DNA from: Chitinophagaceae bacterium | GTDB lineage: Bacteria > Bacteroidota > Bacteroidia > Chitinophagales > Chitinophagaceae | Direction: 5' to 3' | Length of the DNA stretch: 64,000 nucleotides | Assembly (NCBI GenBank): GCA_016702745.1 | Contig: JADJDJ010000001.1 | Span: 547,463-611,462 of the forward strand | Part shown: positions 54,719 through 62,855 of the stretch, piece by piece | Position numbering within the stretch: position 1 is the first letter of the stretch | Layout: the number at the start of each line of letters is the position of its first letter | Notes under the pieces: model-generated | Told to the model about the DNA's origin: nothing | Seen by the model: only the letters and a program-made list of their open reading frames with translations | The model's database searches: none | Program-made: the position numbers and the translations under genes

Positions 54719-57247
54719 ATGGATAACAATTTTTCAGCACAGGTTAAAGAGATTATTTCTTTCAGTCGGGAGGAGGCACTCCGCCTGGGAAATGATTTTA
54801 TCGGCACCGAACACCTCCTGCTCGGACTGATCAGAGAGGGTGATAATACCGCCGTCAAGATCCTCAAAAGTTTCAATGTTGACCTTTATGAACTTCGAAA
54901 GGAGATTGAACTGGCCGTGAAAGACAAGACCGGTAAGAATATCGCCAATATCAATAGCCTGCCTTTAACCAAGCAGGCCGAGAAAGTGATTCGTGTGACC
55001 GTACTGGAGGCCAAGGCCCTGAAAAGTACAACAGTGGAAACGGAACACCTGATGCTGTCGATCCTCAAAAACAAGGAGAATATTGCCACCCAGATACTGA
55101 ACCAGTTTGATGTGGATTATGACCTGTTCCGTCAGGAACTGGGAATTGTAAAATCCAATGATCCCCGTGCTGAATTTCAGGATGAGAATGAAGATGATTT
55201 TGATGAGGAAAAGAAATATTCTCAGTCGAAGGGCAGTGCCAAACAAGGAGCATCCAAAAGCAAGACTCCTGTCCTTGATAATTTCGGCCGCGATATTACC
55301 AAGATGGCTGAACTCGGCGCCTTGGATCCAATTGTCGGCCGTGAATCTGAAATTGAAAGGGTGTCGCAAATCCTTTCCCGTCGTAAAAAGAATAACCCCA
55401 TCCTTATCGGTGAGCCCGGTGTAGGTAAAACCGCCATTGTGGAAGGCCTGGCGCTTCGCATTGTACAAAGAAAAGTATCCAGGGTTTTATTCGATAAGCG
55501 TGTGATCTCGCTTGATCTGGCAGCCCTGGTTGCCGGAACCAAGTACCGCGGACAGTTTGAAGAGCGGATGAAGGCCATCATGAATGAGCTGGAAAAAAAC
55601 CGGGATGTCATTCTTTTTATCGATGAACTCCATACTATTGTCGGTGCAGGTGGTGCGAGTGGATCACTGGATGCCAGCAATATCTTCAAGCCGGCCCTGG
55701 CCAGAGGAGAGTTGCAATGTATTGGTGCATCCACCCTCGATGAATACCGGATGTATATTGAGAAAGACGGAGCATTGGATCGTCGTTTTCAGAAAGTGGT
55801 GATTGATCCGCCCAGTGTGGAAGATACCATCAAGATCCTCAATAATATCAAATCCAAGTATGAGGATTACCATAATGTCAATTACGATGATGAGGCGATT
55901 GATGCCTGTGTGAAACTGAGTGATCGTTATGTTACAGACCGCCTGTTGCCGGATAAAGCCATTGATGTAATGGATGAAGTGGGAGCGAGGGTGCACCTGA
56001 AAAATATCAATGTACCGCAGACCATCGTGGATTTGGAGCAGAAGATTGAAGATGTGAAGAATGAAAAAAACAAAGTGGTGAAGAGCCAGAAATTCGAAGA
56101 GGCGGCTTCCCTGCGTGATACGGAGAAAAGATTACAGGAAGAACTGGAAAAAGCCAAGTCTGACTGGGAAGAGGAAAGCAAACACAAAAGATTCCCGATC
56201 GGAGAAGAAGATATTGCTGAAGTGGTGAGCATGATGACCGGTATTCCTGTGAAGAGAATGGTTCAGGCTGAAACTGATAAACTGCGCCGGATGGCAGAAG
56301 AAATGCGCGGCATGGTGGTGGGTCAGGATGAAGCGATACAGAAAGTGGTAAAAGCCATTCAACGGAACCGGGTAGGATTAAAAGACCCGAAAAAACCGAT
56401 AGGTACTTTTATTTTCCTCGGACCAACCGGGGTGGGTAAAACTGAACTGGCCCGTGCATTGTCACGCCATATGTTTGATTCCGAAGATTCACTGGTCAGG
56501 GTTGATATGAGTGAATACATGGAGAAATTCACCGTAAGCAGACTGATCGGTGCGCCTCCCGGCTATGTGGGGTATGAAGAAGGCGGGCAGCTGACCGAGC
56601 GGGTTCGCCGCAAGCCATATAGTGTGATCCTGCTGGATGAGATTGAAAAAGCACACCCGGATATCTACAATATTCTGTTGCAGGTACTGGATGATGGGCA
56701 GTTGACAGATGGACTGGGTCGTAAAGTGGATTTCAAAAATACCCTGATCATCATGACTTCCAATATCGGTGTAAGACAGCTGAAGGATTTTGGAACAGGG
56801 GTAGGATTTACCACCAGTTCTAAAATGGAAAACGAAGATGAGGCTAATAAAGCAGTGATTGAAAAAGCACTGAAGAAAACCTTCTCACCGGAATTCCTGA
56901 ACAGGATTGATGATGTGGTGATATTTAACAGTCTTTCCAAGGATCATATTTTCAGCATCATTGATATCCTCATGAAGGGTGTAATGAAAAGACTGGCCAA
57001 CCTGGGCTTCAGTCTGGAATTAACCGAAGCAGCCAAAACCTTCCTGGCAGATAAAGGATACGACCAGCAGTTTGGTGCCAGGCCTTTGCACCGGGCCATC
57101 CAGAAATACCTGGAAGATCCGCTGGCGGAGGAAATCCTGAACCTGAATGTAAAAGCAGGAGATGTGCTGATCGCAGATGCTGATACAGAAAATGGAAAAC
57201 TCAGGTTTTCTTTCAAAACAAAATCAGAGGAGCCAACCAAGGCTTAA
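54719..57247 (+). CDS. clpC: ATP-dependent Clp protease ATP-binding subunit ClpC (class I AAA+)
   Basis: Two Clp_N repeats, Walker A motifs GEPGVGKT and GPTGVGKT, UVR-like linker (QKFEEAASLRDTEKRLQEELEK), 842 aa. Confidence 0.95.
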   Translation: MDNNFSAQVKEIISFSREEALRLGNDFIGTEHLLLGLIREGDNTAVKILKSFNVDLYELRKEIELAVKDKTGKNIANINSLPLTKQAEKVIRVTVLEAKALKSTTVETEHLMLSILKNKENIATQILNQFDVDYDLFRQELGIVKSNDPRAEFQDENEDDFDEEKKYSQSKGSAKQGASKSKTPVLDNFGRDITKMAELGALDPIVGRESEIERVSQILSRRKKNNPILIGEPGVGKTAIVEGLALRIVQRKVSRVLFDKRVISLDLAALVAGTKYRGQFEERMKAIMNELEKNRDVILFIDELHTIVGAGGASGSLDASNIFKPALARGELQCIGASTLDEYRMYIEKDGALDRRFQKVVIDPPSVEDTIKILNNIKSKYEDYHNVNYDDEAIDACVKLSDRYVTDRLLPDKAIDVMDEVGARVHLKNINVPQTIVDLEQKIEDVKNEKNKVVKSQKFEEAASLRDTEKRLQEELEKAKSDWEEESKHKRFPIGEEDIAEVVSMMTGIPVKRMVQAETDKLRRMAEEMRGMVVGQDEAIQKVVKAIQRNRVGLKDPKKPIGTFIFLGPTGVGKTELARALSRHMFDSEDSLVRVDMSEYMEKFTVSRLIGAPPGYVGYEEGGQLTERVRRKPYSVILLDEIEKAHPDIYNILLQVLDDGQLTDGLGRKVDFKNTLIIMTSNIGVRQLKDFGTGVGFTTSSKMENEDEANKAVIEKALKKTFSPEFLNRIDDVVIFNSLSKDHIFSIIDILMKGVMKRLANLGFSLELTEAAKTFLADKGYDQQFGARPLHRAIQKYLEDPLAEEILNLNVKAGDVLIADADTENGKLRFSFKTKSEEPTKA

Positions 57248-57269
57248 GTCAGATATTTAGAACAGGAGA

Positions 57270-57298
57270 GGAGCAGCTGAAGAGTTGCTCCTTTTTTT
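57270..57298 (+). terminator. Rho-independent terminator after clpC
   Basis: GGAGCAGC-TGAAGA-GTTGCTCC forms an 8-bp stem with one G-U pair, followed by a T7 run. Confidence 0.8.
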
Positions 57299-57310
57299 AT
57301 GAGAAAAAAA

Positions 57311-57371
57311 GAAACAAGAAACAAGAAACAAGATACAAGAGACAAAAAAAGATACAAGAAACAAGAGACAA
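57311..57371. repeat. GAAACAA-family heptamer tract (5 units, A5 spacer, 3 units)
   Basis: GAAACAA GAAACAA GAAACAA GATACAA GAGACAA aaaaa GATACAA GAAACAA GAGACAA. AAGAAACAAGATACAAGAGACAAA is the perfect inverted repeat of 57495-57518. Confidence 0.9.
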
Positions 57372-57491
57372 ATAAGCACCGAAATGAAAAATTAAAGGGT
57401 ACCCGAGAGTTAATGGTTTCTTGTCATTACGCATTTGCGTAAAATCAACAACCTGATGGTCGCGGAGGCCCTTTGGTTTTAGATTTTTAAT

Positions 57492-57519
57492 TTATTTGTC
57501 TCTTGTATCTTGTTTCTTT
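57492..57519. repeat. Inverted arm of the GAAACAA tract (TTATTTG TCTCTTG TATCTTG TTTCTTT)
   Basis: Reverse complement of 57324-57347. It lies 40 nt upstream of the cmk ATG and shares TTTTTAATTTATTTG with the tract upstream of the hscA-like gene. Confidence 0.85.
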
Positions 57520-57559
57520 ATTCAGATACTCCATTAATCTTATTTTTGTTCCTCAACAG

Positions 57560-58255
57560 ATGTCCAAAAAAATCATCATAACCATTGACGGCTGGAGTAG
57601 TTGCGGCAAGAGCACACTGGCTAAACAATTGGCCAGGGAGTTGGGATATGTGTATGTGGACAGCGGGGCCATGTATCGTGCCATTACACTTTATTTTCTG
57701 CGAAACCATATTGATTGGACTGAAAAGAAAGAAGTACAACAGGCTTTGAAAGATATTAATCTGGAGTTTGTTTACAATCCTTCCAAAAATGTGAGTGAGA
57801 TTTATTTGAACGATGAAAATGTGGAATACGTGATCCGTGACCTGGTAGTGGCTGAAAAAGTAAGTGATATTGCTGCCATCAAAGAAGTGCGGGATTTTGC
57901 GGTGGCCCAGCAGCAGAAAATGGGGGCGAAGAAGGGAATTGTTATGGATGGAAGGGATATAGGTACCGTGGTATTCCCCAAAGCAGAACTGAAAATATTC
58001 ATGACCGCAGATAACAGCATAAGGGTAGAAAGGCGCTTCCGGGAATTATACGATAAAAACCCAAATGTCAGCATTGAAGAAGTAAAGAATAACCTGGAAA
58101 TGCGGGATTATATAGACTCTCACAGGGAGGTAAGCCCCCTTAGACAGGCAAAAGATGCATTAGTCCTGGATAATACCCATCTCAATGAAAAAGAACAATT
58201 TGAGAAAGCCTTAAACTGGGTGAAAATAAAAATAGTAGAAAAAAATGCAGGCTAA
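57560..58255 (+). CDS. cmk: Cytidylate kinase
   Basis: IIITIDGWSSCGKSTLAKQLA P-loop, YVDSGAMYRA, DGRDIGTVVFP. Start trimmed to the ATG at 57560. Confidence 0.93.
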   Translation: MSKKIIITIDGWSSCGKSTLAKQLARELGYVYVDSGAMYRAITLYFLRNHIDWTEKKEVQQALKDINLEFVYNPSKNVSEIYLNDENVEYVIRDLVVAEKVSDIAAIKEVRDFAVAQQQKMGAKKGIVMDGRDIGTVVFPKAELKIFMTADNSIRVERRFRELYDKNPNVSIEEVKNNLEMRDYIDSHREVSPLRQAKDALVLDNTHLNEKEQFEKALNWVKIKIVEKNAG

Positions 58256-58555
58256 AGCTTGCATATCCGAAAAACACGAAGTAGTTTTACACCCTCAATT
58301 ACAATCCGTACCAGTAGTCCTCCGTTAAAGCCACCTATTTCAATCCAACTATTTTTCTATGTAAGGAACCGCCCCCGGGCTGTTTCAAACCAGTTTGTAT
58401 TATCCAATCCCTCTGTACCACCAGCTGATTCCATTCTATCCTCAAAGCCGCAAATTCAATCCTTCTGATGGCCTGTTCCAGTAACTGTGATCACCGTTAA
58501 CGCGGATGAATCAAATCGTCATATTTACTTAACAAGCACTATTAAAACTTTGAGC

Positions 58556-61141
58556 ATGAAAAAAATTGTCTATTTATTAATTATCGCAGTATTTGCGAAT
58601 GTTTTCCTTGCCCCTCAGGTATTTGGGCAGATTACACAAGTAACTGGGTCTCCACAGACCAATACCACTACCACAACTTCGCTTTCCATAACAAAGCCTT
58701 CAGGACTGGCAGCTGGTCATGTTTTACTTGCTAACATTATCCAAAGTGGTGATGGAAATACAATTTCCGATGCAACAATTTCAGGATGGACTGAAATAGC
58801 CGGAAGTAATTTGACAAGCACGGGGGGAACAAGATACCGGGCCACATTGTTGTACAAAATTGCAGATGGTACAGACGTTGCAGCAGCTAGTTTTTCAGTA
58901 GGTCTGGATGCAGATGCTGATGATGCTTCTGGAGCAATTCTGGCTTTTGCCGGAGTTGATATAACAGGTGGAGTTGATGATGCCGGCGGAGCGGGCGGAC
59001 CATTTGATGTAGATCCGGCGAATGCCTTTCAGAATATCGCTGCTGATAATACACTTGACGCTTCAACAATTACTACAGCTAGTGCTGATGCGGCTGTTAT
59101 CATGTTTGGTGCCCTTCAGGATAATCAGTTGCTTTCAAATTGGACAACAACTTCTCCCGGAGTACTTACGGAAATCTATGATTTGCCCTTTGATGCTTTA
59201 ATGGATATGGGTAGCGGCGCAGCCTGGGCTATAAAATCTACTGCCGGTGCTACAGGAACGGGTAATGCCACCATTGCAAATGCTGCAGTTCCGACAAATG
59301 GATCCATATTAATTGCTTTAAAAAAGTTTGTGCCACCAGCACCCCCAACACCAATTGGCTGTAACGGTCAGTACTATGTAAGTTATGGTTCTGCCAATGG
59401 TGCAGCTTCTACCACTTCAATGGTAAAACTGGGTTTTGCCGGTAGTACGATCACTTCAAATCCATTTGCAACTAGTCCTACAGGAATAGGTTTCAATGCG
59501 ATCGGTATCAGCCCGGTTGATGGCTTCCTGTATGGTGTTCGTTATGCTCCGCTGCAACTGGTAAGAGTAAGTGCCAATGCCACTAATAACGTAACTGCCA
59601 TTGGTAATGTTACCGGTACAAATATTACTGGTACGGACAATGCTTATGCAGGTTGTTTTGATGCAAATGGTGATTTCTATTTTATGACAGAGGATAATAA
59701 TTTCTATGTAATTGCTGGTATCAATTATCCCACTGCACCACTTGCCGCTACCCGTATTGGTTCTGTGACTCCTGGCAGCGGATTTTTTGTAGATATGGCC
59801 GTTGATCCTACTAACGGCGACTTATATGGTGTTGCAGGTGTTAGTGGAACTGGTAAGAACCTCTATAAAATCAATAAAGCCACCGGTGCATTGACCCTGA
59901 TTGGCGAGTATTCCGGTACACAATACATTGCTGCATTGTTTTTCAATGAAACCGGTACACTTTATGGCTATCGCCAGGATGGTACCTACCAGCAAATTGA
60001 CAAAACAAGTGCAGCACAGGTACAGGTTGGTACTGCTCCTAACTATACCTATGCAGACGGTTGCAGTTGCAGCTTTGGCCGGGTATTCCACGATCTGGAC
60101 TTTACCGCTAACCCCGGTAACCAGCTTTGCCCGACAATCGCTAACCCGAACCCAACGTTCCCGCTGGTAGTGACTGTAACCAACCAGTCAAATAGCCAGA
60201 AAACAGGATTAACCTATACACTGAATATCAGCGATATTAAAAAGCGTTTCCGCTTTACTGAATCTGCAGCTACGATCAAGACAAATCTGATTGCTGCGGG
60301 ATTAGCTACTGCTGGTTCAACTGTTACCCTTTCAACTGAAGCTCCGGCTACAGGAACCAACTACAACAAAATTGTAGTAACTGGTTTCCAAACCGGTGGC
60401 GTAAATGCCGTGAATAACTTCACTGTTCAGGTTCAGTTGTACACACTTGGTGGTATTTATGATCCCGTTCCCCTGCAGTCTGAAATTTCTGGTCTGCCAG
60501 CCATTATCGGTAGTGTGGATTTGTCCAACGACCCCGGTACTATTGCTCCGGATGATGCAACCGTGATTGCTTTCTGCCCTGGTATCACCTTGCCGGTTGA
60601 ATTCAAATCATTCACAGCCGTAAGAAACCGTTCTAACGTGTTACTGACCTGGGAAACTTCTATGGAAAAGAACAACAGCGGTTTTGCTGTAGAAAGAAAT
60701 ATCAATGGCAGCTGGCAGCAGATTGCCTGGGTACCTTCACAGGCCCTGGGTGGTAACAGTGATGTTGCACTGGTGTACACACTGTCAGACCTGAACAATA
60801 TCAAAGGAGTTAGCCAGTACCGTATCCGTCAGGTTGATTTTGACGCGAAGTCAAAATACTCTGAAGTACGCTCAGTACGTGGCGACGGACAGCTGGGACA
60901 AACTATTGTTTATCCTAATCCGACTAATAACGGTAAAGTAAATATCATTTTTGAAGAAGGATCATTAAAAAGAGATATTTCCGTATACGATATGAGTGGA
61001 CGTGAGATTCAACAGATGAAAGCAGTTACGACGAACAATATTACAATCGAGAACCTGAACCCGGGAATGTACATGGTACGGATCATTGCAGTAGAAACCG
61101 GTGAGCAGGTGGTGGAGAAGGTAGTGGTGAATAAACGCTAA
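58556..61141 (+). CDS. Large secreted protein with a T9SS C-terminal sorting domain (function unknown)
   Basis: Signal peptide MKKIVYLLIIAVFANVFLAPQVFGQ. C-terminal about 80 aa: VYPNPTNNGKVNIIF...NLNPGMYMVRII...VEKVVVNK (Por secretion tail type). Start trimmed to the ATG at 58556. Confidence 0.8.
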   Translation: MKKIVYLLIIAVFANVFLAPQVFGQITQVTGSPQTNTTTTTSLSITKPSGLAAGHVLLANIIQSGDGNTISDATISGWTEIAGSNLTSTGGTRYRATLLYKIADGTDVAAASFSVGLDADADDASGAILAFAGVDITGGVDDAGGAGGPFDVDPANAFQNIAADNTLDASTITTASADAAVIMFGALQDNQLLSNWTTTSPGVLTEIYDLPFDALMDMGSGAAWAIKSTAGATGTGNATIANAAVPTNGSILIALKKFVPPAPPTPIGCNGQYYVSYGSANGAASTTSMVKLGFAGSTITSNPFATSPTGIGFNAIGISPVDGFLYGVRYAPLQLVRVSANATNNVTAIGNVTGTNITGTDNAYAGCFDANGDFYFMTEDNNFYVIAGINYPTAPLAATRIGSVTPGSGFFVDMAVDPTNGDLYGVAGVSGTGKNLYKINKATGALTLIGEYSGTQYIAALFFNETGTLYGYRQDGTYQQIDKTSAAQVQVGTAPNYTYADGCSCSFGRVFHDLDFTANPGNQLCPTIANPNPTFPLVVTVTNQSNSQKTGLTYTLNISDIKKRFRFTESAATIKTNLIAAGLATAGSTVTLSTEAPATGTNYNKIVVTGFQTGGVNAVNNFTVQVQLYTLGGIYDPVPLQSEISGLPAIIGSVDLSNDPGTIAPDDATVIAFCPGITLPVEFKSFTAVRNRSNVLLTWETSMEKNNSGFAVERNINGSWQQIAWVPSQALGGNSDVALVYTLSDLNNIKGVSQYRIRQVDFDAKSKYSEVRSVRGDGQLGQTIVYPNPTNNGKVNIIFEEGSLKRDISVYDMSGREIQQMKAVTTNNITIENLNPGMYMVRIIAVETGEQVVEKVVVNKR

Positions 61142-61196
61142 ATGCTCAGGGTTTTTTAAATCCTACGGGGATGGCCTTTTGGTCGTCCCCTTTTTT

Positions 61197-61245
61197 TAGT
61201 CATTAGTCGATAGTCTTGAGTCGAGAGTCAAGAGGAGAGAGTAGA
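61197..61245. repeat. Seven in-phase heptamers of the (T/G)AGTCNN family
   Basis: TAGTCAT TAGTCGA TAGTCTT GAGTCGA GAGTCAA GAGGAGA GAGTAGA. AGTCGATAGTCTTGAGTCGAGAGTCA is the near-perfect inverted repeat of 61508-61537. Confidence 0.9.
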
Positions 61246-61260
61246 AAGGCTTTAGCCAGT

Positions 61261-61306
61261 AAAAAAAAGGATCGTTGCATTTTATAAGCAACGATCCTTT
61301 TTTTTA
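61261..61306. terminator. Bidirectional Rho-independent terminator between convergent genes
   Basis: A8-GGATCGTTGC-ATTTTATAA-GCAACGATCC-T9: a 10-bp perfect stem flanked by A and T runs. Confidence 0.8.
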
Positions 61307-61505
61307 AGTGTTATGAGTATAACTTTTCTATTCAGGAAGTAAAAGCTCTTATAGAGCTTTAGTAAGCAATCTCTTTTGGTTTAAAATAGTGAAAATGTTC
61401 CATTGATGCGACACGTTCCTGCAGGTATACAATTTTTTAGGGTCTAAAAACTGTTAGTGCAAAATTGAATCCATTAGACAGGAGCCCTTTTTTTATTTTG
61501 TCCCT

Positions 61506-61547
61506 GACTCATGACTCTCGACTAAAGACTATCGACTTTCCTCTACT
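61506..61547. repeat. Six heptamers GACTNNN (GAGTC family on the minus strand) abutting the FKBP gene stop
   Basis: GACTCAT GACTCTC GACTAAA GACTATC GACTTTC CTCTACT. The minus-strand stop codon is at 61543-61545. Confidence 0.88.
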
Positions 61548-62253
61548 GTCCTTTCTTCACCTCCAGCAACTCTATTTCAAAAAGGAGCGTTGAGCCACCC
61601 GGAATCGGACCATAGTCAAATGCACCGTAACCAAGATTATGCGGCACAACAAATTTGTATTTAGAGCCAGCTGGCATGAGTTGAAGACCTTCGGTCCAGC
61701 CAGGGATCACACCAGTCAATGCAAATGTAATCGGCTGACCACGGTCGTATGAATTGTCAAACGGCGTACCGTCAATCAGGGTGCCTCTGTAATGACAGGT
61801 TACACTGTCTTTGACCGTTGGCTTTTCACCGGCTCCCTGAATCAGTACTTCATACTGTAATCCGCTGCCGGTTGTTTTTACCTCAGGTCGGGTTTTGTTC
61901 TTGGCACAATATGCAATACCGGAATCAATCCGGGGTTTGGATTTTTCTTCCTGCACTTTCGACATATAATTGTTCATCACATTGTTCGCCACTGTTTCAT
62001 CGAAAATGGTCTTCTTGCCACCCATTACATCATTGATGCCCTGGGTCACCAGACTGGCTTTTATATTCTTGATGCCTTGTTGCTTGTAAAAATTAGCCAC
62101 ACTGAGTCCGATCGCATAGCTGGCAGAATCAGTTAAATTCTTCAGCAGGGGAGCAGCGGGTTTAGGGGCGGGTTTAGGGGTCGGTTTTCCAGGTTGAGCC
62201 ATTGCGACCGTCATAGCGGCCATTCCAAGACACAATAAGGTTGTTTTTTTCAT
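61543..62253 (-). CDS. FKBP-type peptidyl-prolyl cis-trans isomerase (Mip/FkpA-like, lipoprotein or secreted)
   Basis: Signal peptide, N-terminal dimerisation helix region, and C-terminal FKBP domain (GLQYEVLIQGAGEKP...YRGTLIDGTPFDNSY...VIPGWTEGLQLMPAGSKYKFVVPHNLGYG). Confidence 0.92.
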   Translation of the reverse strand: MKKTTLLCLGMAAMTVAMAQPGKPTPKPAPKPAAPLLKNLTDSASYAIGLSVANFYKQQGIKNIKASLVTQGINDVMGGKKTIFDETVANNVMNNYMSKVQEEKSKPRIDSGIAYCAKNKTRPEVKTTGSGLQYEVLIQGAGEKPTVKDSVTCHYRGTLIDGTPFDNSYDRGQPITFALTGVIPGWTEGLQLMPAGSKYKFVVPHNLGYGAFDYGPIPGGSTLLFEIELLEVKKGQ

Positions 62254-62343
62254 TTGATCTTTTGATTATTGTCGCCAAAAATACAGGAAGCTGTCTGAAA
62301 ATGATGCCCAACAAATGCTAATTTTCAGGTTCAAACCCGGAAT

Positions 62344-62781
62344 ATGCCAATTTTTGAATTGCCTCTTCAGATCCGATGGTCCGACCTGGACCCGAATTTT
62401 CACCTGCGGCACTCGGTTTACTATGACTGGGCTGCGATGTGCAGGATGGAATTTTTGACCCGAAACGGGCTGACCCCCGCTCTGATGCAACAAATGCAGT
62501 TTGGTCCGATCATTTTCCGGGAAGAAGCCATTTTCAGAAAGGAAATTAAATACGGGGAGGAAATCAGTATCAATATGATCCTGGTCAAAGGCCGTAGGGA
62601 TTTTTCGCGGTGGACCATTGCCCATGAAATCCGTAAAGCAGATCAGACCCTATGCGCCACCGTTAGTATTGACGGCGCCTGGCTGAATGTGGCTGAACGA
62701 AAACTATTTATTCCACCGGATGAGGTCAAGACTGTGTTCAGTCAGATTCCTTTTGGGGACAATTTTGAATGGCAGGACTGA
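62344..62781 (+). CDS. Acyl-CoA thioesterase, hotdog fold (4HBT/YbgC-like)
   Basis: 145 aa: LQIRWSDLDPNFHLRHSVYYDWAAMCRMEFL is typical of the 4HBT family. Confidence 0.75.
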   Translation: MPIFELPLQIRWSDLDPNFHLRHSVYYDWAAMCRMEFLTRNGLTPALMQQMQFGPIIFREEAIFRKEIKYGEEISINMILVKGRRDFSRWTIAHEIRKADQTLCATVSIDGAWLNVAERKLFIPPDEVKTVFSQIPFGDNFEWQD

Positions 62782-62855
62782 ACTGAGGGTTTCTCCGGGA
62801 CTCATTGCTTTAAGCAAGGAATGAGACCATTTTTATAATCGAATTTAAATGGTCA

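Noticed and set aside
58259-58468. 69-aa ORF between cmk and the T9SS cargo gene.
   Set aside because: It is Pro/Ser-rich and low-complexity, a by-product of the C-rich, G-poor strand composition, with no start context. I treat the region as regulatory or 5' UTR.
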